Source: an uncultured Candidatus Saccharibacteria bacterium | Lineage (GTDB): Bacteria > Patescibacteriota > Minisyncoccia > Phycocordibacterales > JACOZG01 | Direction: 5' to 3' | Length of the DNA stretch: 64,000 nt | Assembly (NCBI GenBank): GCA_964648765.1 | Contig: CAZYLF010000001.1 | Location: forward strand, 357,797-421,796 | Shown here: piece by piece, positions 1 to 9,291 of the stretch | Layout of the letters: every line of letters starts with the position of its first letter | Numbering within the stretch: position 1 is the first letter of the stretch | Notes under the pieces: model-generated | Databases searched by the model: none | Told to the model about the DNA's origin: nothing | Seen by the model: only the letters and a program-made list of their open reading frames with translations | Translations under genes and position numbers: made by a program

Positions 1-690
1 AACGAAACCTGACCGATCGCCGTACCAGCTTTTCCAAGTTGTTGGCAGAGCTTTATAATTTCGGTGTTCTTTCCTTTAACGACAAGGTCCAAACGCGCGA
101 TCTCACTATTACCCATTGCTACCCTCTGCTCGGTTTCCGCCAGAAGTTGGCGGGTGAGTTGGAGCTCCTCTTCAAGTTGCTCGAGGGACTTGACCGCCGC
201 AGCTTTCCAAATAAGCTCATGTGCGCTGGCGTCGAGATCCGCGAGGCTAGTCTTGCCTTCAATGTACTTCAGAATTGCCTGGATCTCAACCACTTTGTAG
301 TTGCGATCCAAAGTCTTCGGAGTCTCGGTGACGTAGTGGTTTACCTTTCCGTTGAACTGAGCAACGACCATGAGCCCCAGGCCAATCACCTGGGAAAATG
401 AATTTTTCGGTGATAGTATATTGTGTCCTACCACCACCCTGCCTCCATCCCAATGGTACTGGCAGAACTCAAAAAAGTGGTCCTTTCCGTTTGGCATTGT
501 TCCGCGAAACGCGACGATCCCCCCAACGCCAATTTGTGGGCGGAACCCGAATGTCTCATACTCAACATTCGTTGGGGGGAATTGTCCAGCACCGCTTGTG
601 CCTACAAAAGTTTTGGCACCAATCATTCCGGTGATGGTCACCGACGCATCTCGGGCACGTAAATCTCCAGACATGACTTCTCCTTTTTAA
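1..690 (-). CDS. hypothetical protein, C-terminal part cut by the window edge. Gly-rich N-terminal region followed by a probable coiled coil.
   Basis: Reverse-strand translation from ATG 690..688 reads MSGDLRARDASVTITGMIGAKTFVGTSGAG...QLEEELQLTRQLLAETEQRV... with no stop down to position 1. SD AAAGGAGAAG lies 6 nt upstream. The ORF track misses it because the stop is outside the window. The + ORFs 39..401 and 370..690 are overlapping shadow frames. Confidence 0.5.
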
Positions 691-852
691 AGAGCCGGGA
701 GTGGCCGCATCGCAGCTTCCCTTGAGAGTTTGCCCCCTCTCCGATTGGGGTAGGAACATCGTTCCATCTGCCACTAAGCTAGCATATTACATGATGTTTG
801 TCAAGTCTAAATAGGGCTTTAATTGATGAGGATTTTCTGCTATTATAGGTAG

Positions 853-1476
853 GTGATAATTACTTACCACGGTTTTGGGTTTGTTAAAATTCAGGTAGGC
901 GAGAAGATCGTCGCCATTAATCCTGTAGGCAAAGATGCCGACTTTAAGACAGCGCGTTTTGGGGCACATTTGGCGTTAGTTTCAGTTAACGATTCTTATT
1001 ATAATGGAGTAGAAAATGTGACGCTGGCCGGTAAAGAACCATTTGTGGTCAATGGCCCGGGCGAGTATGAGGTTGATGACGTGTTTATTCGGGGTTTGGA
1101 GACTAAAGGTCCCGCCGGCGAGATCAACACGGTGTACAGTTTAATGATCGACCAAACTCGCATTTTACATTTAGGGGCGATTATTGACGATGAAATTTCT
1201 GCCGGAGCCCGAGAGGAAATTGGCGAGGTTGATATTTTATTTGTGCCAGTTGATGAACGAATTATTGATCCTAAACTCGCTTCTAAACTCGCTTTCTCTT
1301 TTAATCCTAAAATTGTGATCCCGGTAAATCACGGTGTAGGCGAACCTAAAAATTCCCTTTCTGCTTTTCTTAAAGAATCCGGTGAGGAGGGGGTTAAGGA
1401 GATTGATAAACTGGTGGTGAAGAAGAAAGATATTTTAGAAAAAGAAGGAGATGTGATTGTGGTTAAATCATTTTAA
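853..1476 (+). CDS. MBL-fold (beta-lactamase-like) hydrolase-family protein; canonical HxHxDH metal motif not evident
   Basis: GTG start. N-terminus MIITYHGFGFVKIQ...AINP resembles the UPF0173 / metallo-beta-lactamase-fold start. Size is about 207 aa. No clear HxHxDH motif, so it may be catalytically degenerate. Confidence 0.45.
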   Translation: MIITYHGFGFVKIQVGEKIVAINPVGKDADFKTARFGAHLALVSVNDSYYNGVENVTLAGKEPFVVNGPGEYEVDDVFIRGLETKGPAGEINTVYSLMIDQTRILHLGAIIDDEISAGAREEIGEVDILFVPVDERIIDPKLASKLAFSFNPKIVIPVNHGVGEPKNSLSAFLKESGEEGVKEIDKLVVKKKDILEKEGDVIVVKSF

Positions 1477-1478
1477 TT

Positions 1479-1739
1479 ATGTCGCTCACTGCGTATTACC
1501 AAAATTTAAGACAAGCGCCGGAGATAAAGCGCCGGAGAGTGGCGTTTGTTTCAAGTTTGGCTCTCACAGCATTGATCGCTGTTGGTTGGCTTATTAATAT
1601 GGGTGTATTATTTCCCCCACAAGTCGGGAGTGTGCAAGTGGCGGCCGTGAGCGCGGTAGAGGAGTCGGGCGCGAGTATTTTAAGTGACGTTGCTGGCAGA
1701 ATAAGTAAGGGTTGGAAAACTTTAACTGATTTATTTTAA
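1479..1739 (+). CDS. small hypothetical membrane protein
   Basis: 86 aa ORF with one hydrophobic helix (ALTALIAVGWLINMGVLF). Tightly packed between the hydrolase-like gene and gyrA. Confidence 0.4.
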   Translation: MSLTAYYQNLRQAPEIKRRRVAFVSSLALTALIAVGWLINMGVLFPPQVGSVQVAAVSAVEESGASILSDVAGRISKGWKTLTDLF

Positions 1740-1748
1740 ATATTAAAC

Positions 1749-4187
1749 ATGCCGGAAGAAGAGAAAAAAGATTTCGATAAAATTATCCCCATCGACATTG
1801 TGAAGGAGATGAAGGATTCCTACCTTGACTATTCAATGTCGGTAATTGTCTCGCGCGCTTTGCCTGACGTGCGTGATGGTCTTAAGCCCGTGCATCGCCG
1901 CATTCTTTACTCCATGCATGAGCTTGGACTTTCAAGTCAGGCTAAGTTCCGCAAATCTGCGCTCGTAGTTGGAGATGTGTTAGGTAAATATCATCCGCAC
2001 GGCGACGTGGCCTGTTATGACGCACTTGCACGTATGGCCCAAGATTTCTCGATGCGTTATCCGCTCGCGCTTGGTCAAGGTAACTTCGGTTCAGTAGACG
2101 GCGATCCACCAGCCGCGATGCGTTACACTGAAATTAAGATGGCGCCACTGGCCGCGGAAGTACTCCGCGATATGGAGAAGGAGACAGTCGACTTCGGCCC
2201 GAACTACGACTCAAGTCGTGAGGAGCCACGCCTCTTACCTTCGGTTGTGCCCAATCTTTTACTCAACGGCACTATGGGTATTGCCGTGGGTATGGCTACT
2301 AAAATCCCACCGCACAATTTAGGCGAGGTGATGGAAGCGTTGGTAACGCTAATTGATGAACCAGAATCTTCAGGCGATGATTTAGCTAAAATTGTGAAGG
2401 GTCCGGACTTCCCCACTGGCGGGATTGTGTTTAATGAAGCCGACATTCGTCACGCGTCAGGCACGGGGCGTGGCGGAGTGTTGGTGCGAGGGCAAGCGGA
2501 TGTGGTAGATGACGATCAAATTGTGATCACTTCGCTGCCTTACCAAGTAAATAAAGCAGACTTAATTGTGCGCATCGCGGACTTGGTGCGTGAGAAAAAG
2601 TTAGAAGGAATTAAAGACATTAGAGATGAATCCACCACGCTCGCCGACACGCGCGTGGTGATAGAACTTAAAAACAATGCCTATCCAGAAAAGGTTTTAA
2701 ACAGTATTTATAAAAATACGGAGTTAGAAACGGTTTTCCATTACAACATGCTGGCGCTCGTGGACGGTGTGCCTAAACTCCTTTCGCTTAAAGGAATTTT
2801 AGAAGAATTTTTGAAACATCGTCGCGAGGTAATTACGCGTCGGGCTAAATTTGATCTCAAGCAAGCTGAAGCTCGTGAACACATTTTACTCGGTCTTAAG
2901 AAGGCGCTTGATCATATTGATGAGATTATTAAATTGATCCGAAAGTCTAAAGACGTAAATACTGCGGAAGCAAATTTGATTAAAGAATTTAAGTTTTCAG
3001 AACTGCAGGCCAGGGCGATTCTTGAAATGCGTTTACAGAAGCTTGCTGGTTTGGAACGCCAAAAAGTGGAGGATGAACTTAAAGAGAAGCAGGCGTTGAT
3101 TAAATATTTAAAGGAGTTGCTCGGCAGTCAGGCTAAAATTACGGCCGTGGTGCGCGAGGAATTTGTGGAAATTAAAACTAAGTACTCCGACGACCGTCGT
3201 ACACGAGTGATCAAAACTAGTCCGGGTGAAATTAAAACTGAAGACTTGATTCCGAACACTGAGGCCGTGCTCGTGGTGACTCAAGGCGGTTATGTGAAGC
3301 GCACTGACCCGAGTGAATATCGCGCGCAGCGGCGCGGCGGTGTGGGTGTGATTGATTTAAATACTAAAGAAGAAGATTTTGTGAATCTGTTTATTACGGC
3401 TTCCACTCACGATGATCTCTTATTCTTCACCGATCTTGGCAAAGTTTACCAAATTAAGATGTACGACGTGCCAGAAGGTAAACGCGCCACGCGCGGTAAA
3501 TCTGTGATGAACTTTTTGCCACTGGCAGAAGGGGAGAAGGTCACGTCAGTGTTGCCACTTAAAAAGGACGCCAAAACGGCCGAATCAATTATGCTTGCCA
3601 CGAGCGCTGGTGTAGCGAAGAAGGTGTCGCTCGAGAGCTTAAAGGATGTGCGTCGGAGCGGTATTATTGCCATCACGCTTGAAGATGGCGATCAATTACT
3701 TTCGGCTTTCCTCGTTGGTCCGGGTGATGAGGCAATTGTGGCCACGCGCGAGGGTATGGCGATCAGATTTAAAGAAAGTGATGTGCGCCAAATGGGCCGC
3801 AGCGCCATGGGTGTGCGAGTAATTAAACTTAAGAAAGGCGACAATGTGGTGGGCGCAAACGGAATTGGTAAAGAGATTAAAACTACTTCCAACTTCCTTG
3901 TGGTGGCCGGCAATGGCTATGGTAAAAAGACGGCGCTTAAAGAATATAAAGTTCAGAAGCGTGGCGGTTCGGGAATTAAAACAGCTAAACTCACAACTAA
4001 AACAGGAAAATTAATTAGCGGGCGCGTGGTGACTCTTGAAGATTCAGAAATTATTACCATTTCTAAACACGGACAAGTTATCCGCACTGGTCTTGATGAA
4101 ATTCCCGCCCTCGGCCGACAAACTCAAGGCGTCCGCGTAATGAAACTCCGCGACGACGATTCCTTGGCCTCACTCACTTGTTTGTAA
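1749..4187 (+). CDS. gyrA: DNA gyrase subunit A
   Basis: 812 aa with a classic GyrA N-terminus ([44 protein letters not shown]) and active-site tyrosine region. C-terminal beta-pinwheel repeats present. Confidence 0.95.
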   Translation: MPEEEKKDFDKIIPIDIVKEMKDSYLDYSMSVIVSRALPDVRDGLKPVHRRILYSMHELGLSSQAKFRKSALVVGDVLGKYHPHGDVACYDALARMAQDFSMRYPLALGQGNFGSVDGDPPAAMRYTEIKMAPLAAEVLRDMEKETVDFGPNYDSSREEPRLLPSVVPNLLLNGTMGIAVGMATKIPPHNLGEVMEALVTLIDEPESSGDDLAKIVKGPDFPTGGIVFNEADIRHASGTGRGGVLVRGQADVVDDDQIVITSLPYQVNKADLIVRIADLVREKKLEGIKDIRDESTTLADTRVVIELKNNAYPEKVLNSIYKNTELETVFHYNMLALVDGVPKLLSLKGILEEFLKHRREVITRRAKFDLKQAEAREHILLGLKKALDHIDEIIKLIRKSKDVNTAEANLIKEFKFSELQARAILEMRLQKLAGLERQKVEDELKEKQALIKYLKELLGSQAKITAVVREEFVEIKTKYSDDRRTRVIKTSPGEIKTEDLIPNTEAVLVVTQGGYVKRTDPSEYRAQRRGGVGVIDLNTKEEDFVNLFITASTHDDLLFFTDLGKVYQIKMYDVPEGKRATRGKSVMNFLPLAEGEKVTSVLPLKKDAKTAESIMLATSAGVAKKVSLESLKDVRRSGIIAITLEDGDQLLSAFLVGPGDEAIVATREGMAIRFKESDVRQMGRSAMGVRVIKLKKGDNVVGANGIGKEIKTTSNFLVVAGNGYGKKTALKEYKVQKRGGSGIKTAKLTTKTGKLISGRVVTLEDSEIITISKHGQVIRTGLDEIPALGRQTQGVRVMKLRDDDSLASLTCL

Positions 4188-4191
4188 AAAT

Positions 4192-4818
4192 ATGCCCCCA
4201 GAAATTAATCAATTTCTCGATAGCGGTGAAAGAGTGGAATTTGCGGTGTACTCAAAACGAGTAACGCCCCTGAGTTACACTTTGGCCGGTTTGTTTTTCA
4301 CTTTTATTTGGTTGTCTATCACTGGGACTGTCGGGTTTGGATTTTTGAGCCCGTGGTTTTTGAATGAATCTGCCAACTTTACCAAAAATGGTGCTCCTGT
4401 GACGGTTGGGCCAGGTAATTGGAGCGGTTTATTACTCCCTGCTTTAATTGTGGGAGTGTTTGCGGTTATAGGAGTAAGCGCTCTTTGTTTGATCGTTTAC
4501 TCTTTCTTCTCTAAAGGTGGTTGGTTTGTGGGTACTTCAAAACGTTTGATGCAATATAGGAAAGGGAAGGTAACCTCGACAAATTGGGATCAATTTACCG
4601 GAAACTTTGAGATGAAGGGGAGCCCAGAAAAAGGTAACCTTATGTTGGAGTTAAAGACAGGGATTACCACTACTCAGAATTCTCAAACTTTTAATGGAGT
4701 AAGCAGGCAAAAATATACGCCAAACCGGATTATGATTATTGGTATTCCAAATGTGTTTGAGATTGGGAAAATGTGCAAGGCGAGAATGGAGGAATCTAAG
4801 TCCGCAACAACTGCGTAG
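4192..4818 (+). CDS. hypothetical membrane protein
   Basis: 208 aa with two or three hydrophobic helices. Follows gyrA by 5 nt. No recognisable catalytic motif. Confidence 0.45.
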   Translation: MPPEINQFLDSGERVEFAVYSKRVTPLSYTLAGLFFTFIWLSITGTVGFGFLSPWFLNESANFTKNGAPVTVGPGNWSGLLLPALIVGVFAVIGVSALCLIVYSFFSKGGWFVGTSKRLMQYRKGKVTSTNWDQFTGNFEMKGSPEKGNLMLELKTGITTTQNSQTFNGVSRQKYTPNRIMIIGIPNVFEIGKMCKARMEESKSATTA

Positions 4819-4844
4819 TTTGTTTGTAAAAATTTAAAACAAAA

Positions 4845-4872
4845 AGCCCGCCTCTTAGTTTTGAGGCGGGCT
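4845..4872 (-). terminator. rho-independent terminator hairpin (agcccgcctc/gaggcgggct) for the minus-strand Sm-like gene; may act bidirectionally
   Basis: Perfect 10-bp GC-rich stem with an 8-nt loop. On the minus strand it is followed by TTTTTGTTTT. Confidence 0.6.
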
Positions 4873-4892
4873 GTAACTCTGGAAAAGTGGGT

Positions 4893-5114
4893 TTAGGCGA
4901 GTCTGATCGACAAGAACCAAGACGACGATGAATTGAACCATTGATCGGGAACTTTTTGAGACTGGCCAAGACTACTATCCCGAATGCCGTCGGTGATATA
5001 TATCAATACTCCATCAACCGCAGACACCTTCCCATTAAATTTGAGATGACCACTACTCCCTTCAATCACATTACAAATGACCTTTTTCCCAAGTAGATCT
5101 TTCAAACTATTCAT
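4893..5114 (-). CDS. Sm-like (LSm fold) small protein, paralog 1
   Basis: The start is ATG 5114, not the GTG at 5117, with SD AAAGGAGAA upstream. LKDLLGKKVICNVIEG...GKVSAVDGVLIYITDG matches the Sm1 pattern L..l.Gk.V.V....G....G.l...D..mNlvL.D. No Hfq-type Sm2 motif. Confidence 0.5.
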   Translation of the reverse strand: MNSLKDLLGKKVICNVIEGSSGHLKFNGKVSAVDGVLIYITDGIRDSSLGQSQKVPDQWFNSSSSWFLSIRLA

Positions 5115-5230
5115 CACTATTCTCCTTTTGATTAACTCCCTATTTCACGAGTACGGGTAAATTTCACTACCCAGAAACTAGCATAAGTTACATTTTTGTA
5201 AATACTACTGAGTTTAGTAAAAACAAAAAA

Positions 5231-5259
5231 ATGACCCAGGCACCGAAGTGCTGGGTCAT
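5231..5259 (-). terminator. rho-independent terminator (atgacccag...ctgggtcat) downstream of Sm-like paralog 2
   Basis: 9-bp stem with an 11-nt loop. On the minus strand it is followed by a T-run (TTTTTTTGTTT). Confidence 0.6.
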
Positions 5260-5279
5260 TTGCTTTTGAAGCTGTGCTG

Positions 5280-5509
5280 CTAAATTTCGCTCATGCCTAC
5301 GAAACTGAGTGAGGCGGTGTTTAGCCACAGCTCATTAGAGCCATCAGATTTTTCAGAAACAGGATCATCGATAACTTCAGTAAAAAGTACTAGTGTGCCT
5401 TCAATGGCAGAAACTACTCCTGTAAAACCCCCTTTGATGTAGCCGTCTTCATTTGGTACAATAACACCAACATCCATTTTCTTCCCAATCAAATCTTCCA
5501 GTTTTTTCA
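5280..5509 (-). CDS. Sm-like (LSm fold) small protein, paralog 2
   Basis: The internal ATG at 5509 (MKKLEDLIGKKMDVGVIV...) is preceded by SD AAAGGAGCC. GGFTGVVSAIEGTLVLFTEV matches Sm1, and ELWLNTASLSFV is a possible Sm2. The upstream 30 codons of the track ORF lack an RBS. Confidence 0.5.
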
Positions 5510-5572
5510 TTACTTGGCTCCTTTTGTATTCTACCACCCATTCCACGCGGAATAGGGATTCCCACTTCTTAC

Positions 5573-5600
5573 ATACTAGCATCATATGCTTTTTTGTCAA
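5573..5600 (-). promoter_or_regulatory. sigma70-like promoter for Sm-like paralog 2 (-35 TTGACA, 16-nt spacer, -10 TAGTAT)
   Basis: On the minus strand the sequence reads TTGACAaaaaagcatatgatgcTAGTATg, about 60 nt upstream of ATG 5509. It is divergent from the methyltransferase promoter region. Confidence 0.4.
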
Positions 5601-5654
5601 TGTTTACCAACTTATTCTATCGTCATAGGAATTTTGTTGTAGTATAATATTTCC

Positions 5655-6179
5655 GTGTTTACAAGGCCGGAAAATAATCTGGAAAATTTTAAAATTGATC
5701 ACGGGCAAATTGTGGCCGACTTTGGCGCTGGTATCGGAGCTTATTCTCTCGCCATGGCACGCCAAGTGGGCGACTCCGGCAAAGTGTATGCCATTGATGT
5801 GCAAAAGGATTTGCTCGGCCGACTCTCTAAGGAGGCCTCACGGTTAAAAATTTCTAATATTGAAGTTATTTGGGGCGATGTGGAGAAGGTGGGTGGGAGC
5901 AAATTGCCTGATCGCAGTGTGGACCTGGTACTTATCTCCAACATCCTATTTCAATCTCACGCTAAATATTCTATTCTTAAAGAGGCTAAGCGAATTTTAA
6001 AACCCGGCGGGCGTTTGGTGATTATTGATTGGGAGGATTCATTTAATAATCTCGGTCCAGAGCAAGGGGCAATAATAAAGCCCGAAGAGCTTGAGAAAAT
6101 TTTAATCGATCTTGGCCTAAAAATTTTAAAAAAGTTTAAAGCCGGCGACCACCATTATGGCCTGGTAACTACTTTATGA
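5655..6179 (+). CDS. class I SAM-dependent methyltransferase
   Basis: Motif I VADFGAGIGAYS (GxGxG). The later segment LKPGGRLVIIDWE is motif-IV-like. GTG start immediately after TATAAT. The stop overlaps the next gene start (ATGA). Confidence 0.7.
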   Translation: MFTRPENNLENFKIDHGQIVADFGAGIGAYSLAMARQVGDSGKVYAIDVQKDLLGRLSKEASRLKISNIEVIWGDVEKVGGSKLPDRSVDLVLISNILFQSHAKYSILKEAKRILKPGGRLVIIDWEDSFNNLGPEQGAIIKPEELEKILIDLGLKILKKFKAGDHHYGLVTTL

Positions 6180-7495
6180 AAAATTTAAATACATTCCAAC
6201 TAGTACTTATTGGCGGGCTTATTTTCTTAGGAATTGTGGGTGTGCTTGTTTTTTCTGGTATTTTGCCTGGTTTTCGCGACGGCATAAACAACAATAAAGC
6301 CTTGGTAAATTTAACTTTGTGGGGGACTTTTCCGGCAGATAAATTACGAATACCAATTGATAATTTTAATGAACTATACGATAAATCATTTCGTCTTACC
6401 TATGTGGCTAAACGAGATCAGAAAACACTTGAGAATGATTTTGTAAATGAGCTAGCAAGTGGCAGAGGACCAGATTTAATCATCATGGCACCAGAGATGA
6501 TTTGGAATCAGCGCGAGCGTCTCCACATGATCCCTTACAAGGTTTTTCCTCAAAGAGATTTTATTGATGCGTTTATTGATGCCGGAAAGATCTACTTAAA
6601 TCAGGAGGCGATCATAGCTTTGCCTTTAGTGGTTGATCCTTTGGTGATGTATTTCAATCGGGACTTAGTGCGAGGTCAGGGGATTGCCGAGCCGCCCAAA
6701 AATTGGACTAAGATTATTGAGACTATTCCAAGTTTTTTCTCTCGTGACGTAAATCAAAATATTTTACGTACTTCCATCGCACTGGGAGAATTTGGGAACA
6801 TCGATCACGCTAAGGAGATATTTGCGATGCTCCTACTTCAAGCTGAAAATCCAATTATGAACTGGGGAGCAGATAGTAAGCCGCAGGTGTTTATTAACGA
6901 TGTTAAGTTTGGTGGCCCAGAGTCTGCGTCATTAGTCCTCAATTTTTTCAACCAGTTTTCTGATCCAGCCAAAACTTCTTATACGTGGAATAGTGCCATG
7001 CCTCGCTCCCGCGATTATTTTAGCCAAGGGCTAAGCGCCTTCTACTTGGGTTTAGCTAGTGAAAATCCAATAATTAAAGCAAAAAATCCTCATCTTAATT
7101 TTGACGTAGCGATTGTCCCACAAAAGAATGAAATCAGAAGAAGCACCTACGGAAAATTGTTTGGTGTGGCTGTTTCGCGCTCGGCTAAAAGTCCAAACGA
7201 TGCTTTAGCTGTAGCGCGCGCTGTTACTTTGGGTAATTTTGCAAAAGATCTAGCCACATCGCTCGCGATTGCCCCTGTGCGACTTGATTTACTTGGTGCT
7301 CCTCCCACAAACAACACAGCCACCCCAATTTTTTATAAATCAGCTGTGATCTCTAGTACTTGGTTAGATATTAATCCACCCGCAACTTTAAATATATTTA
7401 GCCAAAATTTGATTAAACTTAAAACTGGTCAAGTTAATTTACGAGACACGGTGGCAAAAATTGGCACGGAGCTAAACGCTTTGATCCAAAATTGA
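6176..7495 (+). CDS. membrane-anchored extracellular solute-binding-protein-like protein (ABC SBP family 1 fold), orphan
   Basis: N-terminal TM anchor followed by a roughly 400 aa periplasmic-type domain (GPDLIIMAPEMIWNQRERL..., LPLVVDPLVMYFNRDL). No permease or ATPase genes are adjacent. Confidence 0.5.
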   Translation: MKNLNTFQLVLIGGLIFLGIVGVLVFSGILPGFRDGINNNKALVNLTLWGTFPADKLRIPIDNFNELYDKSFRLTYVAKRDQKTLENDFVNELASGRGPDLIIMAPEMIWNQRERLHMIPYKVFPQRDFIDAFIDAGKIYLNQEAIIALPLVVDPLVMYFNRDLVRGQGIAEPPKNWTKIIETIPSFFSRDVNQNILRTSIALGEFGNIDHAKEIFAMLLLQAENPIMNWGADSKPQVFINDVKFGGPESASLVLNFFNQFSDPAKTSYTWNSAMPRSRDYFSQGLSAFYLGLASENPIIKAKNPHLNFDVAIVPQKNEIRRSTYGKLFGVAVSRSAKSPNDALAVARAVTLGNFAKDLATSLAIAPVRLDLLGAPPTNNTATPIFYKSAVISSTWLDINPPATLNIFSQNLIKLKTGQVNLRDTVAKIGTELNALIQN

Positions 7496-7498
7496 TTT

Positions 7499-7936
7499 AT
7501 GCTTAATAAATTTAGTTTAACTTTTTTACTTATCCTCACTGTTATGATTGCGGTCGTTGCAATACCGGTTGTTACCAGTGCGCAAGGCATAGTTAATTGC
7601 GGTAAAACAGATATGAATGATTCTAATGGCAACCCCACAGTGAGTAATCCTTGTGATTTTGATGATTTTATAAATATTGTTGTTAAGTTATACAATTATT
7701 TATTAGTAATAATTATTCCTATTGCCACAATCTCAATTGCCTATGCCGGCGTATTATATATGGTGTATTCCACCAACGACGGGAAGCGTAAAGAGGCACA
7801 TGATATAATTACTTCAGCCGTGTGGGGTTTGGCGGTGGCCCTGGCTGGTTACGTTATAGTCACAAGTGTTTTCAAACTTTTAGCGAATCCTGAAACTGAA
7901 ACAAGAGTGTTAGATAGTATACCAATCGAGAATTAA
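7499..7936 (+). CDS. pilin-like small membrane protein (VirB2/TrbC-like two-helix architecture), array member 1
   Basis: Signal/TM segment, then a Cys-containing extracellular segment (CGKTDMNDSNGNPTVSNPCDFDDF), then two hydrophobic helices separated by a charged loop (TNDGKRKEAHDIITSAVWGLAVALAGYVIV). Confidence 0.5.
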   Translation: MLNKFSLTFLLILTVMIAVVAIPVVTSAQGIVNCGKTDMNDSNGNPTVSNPCDFDDFINIVVKLYNYLLVIIIPIATISIAYAGVLYMVYSTNDGKRKEAHDIITSAVWGLAVALAGYVIVTSVFKLLANPETETRVLDSIPIEN

Positions 7937-7945
7937 TTTATTTTT

Positions 7946-8311
7946 ATGAAAGAATTTTTTATTAAAAAAGTTTTTGCGCAAGCGGGGATCACAATTGATA
8001 ATCCAAACCCCAATCCAGGTTCTGGAATCACCGTCGAGAATACGGACAAAATCACAAACCCACTCGGGATCAACGACATTTCTGGCCTTCTTGACCTTAT
8101 TTTAAGTATTATCATTACTTTGGGCACACCTTTAATTGCGATTATGATTGTTTATGCTGGCTTCCTTTATCTTACCGCCCAGGGTAATACTGATAAAATT
8201 TCCAAGGCCCACACGGCGTTGCTTTACACAGTCATTGGTGCGGCGATTATCCTTGGTTCATTTGTGATTAAGGAGGCAATCCAGGGCACAATCACCAATC
8301 TTAATCCATAA
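7946..8311 (+). CDS. pilin-like small membrane protein, array member 2
   Basis: 121 aa. N-terminal hydrophobic segment, then ITLGTPLIAIMIVYAGFLYLTAQGNTDKISKAHTALLYTVIGAAIILGSFVI. Same two-helix plus charged-loop layout as its neighbours. Confidence 0.5.
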   Translation: MKEFFIKKVFAQAGITIDNPNPNPGSGITVENTDKITNPLGINDISGLLDLILSIIITLGTPLIAIMIVYAGFLYLTAQGNTDKISKAHTALLYTVIGAAIILGSFVIKEAIQGTITNLNP

Positions 8312-8318
8312 TTTATTC

Positions 8319-8618
8319 ATGTCACCTGATTTATCATCATTTAAAGCTGTCGTGAAGTTTGCAATTGATACTTTTATTAGTCCGTTTACAATTATTTTAA
8401 TTACTCTCTCGATCTTATATTTTCTTTACGGTTTGAGTCGCTATATTCGTACTGATATTAGCGAGGGCGATAAAGAGGAAGCCAAGCAAGTGATGATCTG
8501 GGGAGTGGTTGGGCTATTTGCCATTGTGGCGATGTGGGGCTTGGTGACAATTGTTCAGAAAACCTTTTCTCTTGATAGCAACACAATTGGCTTGCCGTCA
8601 GGAGTAACACCTCTATGA
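8319..8618 (+). CDS. pilin-like small membrane protein, array member 3
   Basis: 99 aa. ILYFLYGLSRYIRTDISEGDKEEAKQVMIWGVVGLFAIVAMWGLVTIV carries the conserved LYF..G....I......G..EEAK..M.WGV..LFA.V.MWGLV motif. Its stop overlaps the start of member 4. Confidence 0.55.
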   Translation: MSPDLSSFKAVVKFAIDTFISPFTIILITLSILYFLYGLSRYIRTDISEGDKEEAKQVMIWGVVGLFAIVAMWGLVTIVQKTFSLDSNTIGLPSGVTPL

Positions 8619-8920
8619 ACGCTTTTACTGAAAAAATTATAATACCAATAAACGGACTGCTTAAGATGGTGGCACCTATCATTATCGCTTTGGCTGTTCT
8701 TTATTTTGTATGGGGAATAGCCAAATATATTAAGGATTCAGCCAGTGAGGGTGCCCAAGAGGAGGCAAAGAACATAATGTTGTGGGGAGTGATTGTGATA
8801 TTTGTGATGGTCTCAATGTGGGGCTTGGTGGCGATCTTAACCAGAACGTTCGGTATCACTCCAGGTGGAGGACCACCAATAAATGGCATTGAAGAATTAA
8901 TTCCCGTGCCGACAAGTTAA
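8615..8920 (+). CDS. pilin-like small membrane protein, array member 4
   Basis: 101 aa. VLYFVWGIAKYIKDSASEGAQEEAKNIMLWGVIVIFVMVSMWGLVAIL is the same motif. The C-terminal tail is Gly/Pro-rich. Confidence 0.55.
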   Translation: MNAFTEKIIIPINGLLKMVAPIIIALAVLYFVWGIAKYIKDSASEGAQEEAKNIMLWGVIVIFVMVSMWGLVAILTRTFGITPGGGPPINGIEELIPVPTS

Positions 8921-8945
8921 ATTATTAATTTATAATAAATATATT

Positions 8946-9248
8946 ATGGCAGCATTTAATTGTTCGGGTGTAGGTTTAGAGAAGATAGTTTGTGTGGCTG
9001 GTAGTCTTATTGCGTCATTAGTGCCAATCGTAATGGTGCTTGCACTTCTTTACTTCTTCTGGGGTCTAGCTAAATTTATTTTGGCTGCAGGTAATGAGGG
9101 AGCTAAAGCAGAAGGTAAAAATATTATGATCTGGGGAGTGGTGGCACTTTTTGTGATGGTTAGTGTGTGGGGATTAGTGGCTTTCCTTCAAGATACCTTT
9201 GGGGTTAACGAATTTGTTGTACCCACAGTTGAGTTGCCAACGCTCTAA
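8946..9248 (+). CDS. pilin-like small membrane protein, array member 5
   Basis: 100 aa. LLYFFWGLAKFILAAGNEGAKAEGKNIMIWGVVALFVMVSVWGLVAFL. Confidence 0.55.
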   Translation: MAAFNCSGVGLEKIVCVAGSLIASLVPIVMVLALLYFFWGLAKFILAAGNEGAKAEGKNIMIWGVVALFVMVSVWGLVAFLQDTFGVNEFVVPTVELPTL

Positions 9249-9291
9249 GTAATTATTATAATTAATCATTATTAGTATTTAAGTTAAATAA

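Noticed and set aside
39-690. + strand ORFs 39..401 and 370..690 at the left edge
   Set aside because: They overlap each other out of frame and have no SD. The reverse strand carries a continuous open frame with a strong SD at 690, which better explains the region.
853-1476. Calling this a functional metallo-beta-lactamase
   Set aside because: The characteristic HxHxDH metal-binding motif is not visible. Only the fold-level N-terminal resemblance supports the family, so it is annotated as MBL-fold-like with low confidence.
5604-5804. 66-aa minus ORF
   Set aside because: It overlaps the Sm-like promoter region and the 5' end of the methyltransferase gene on the other strand. No SD, and the protein is not plausible.
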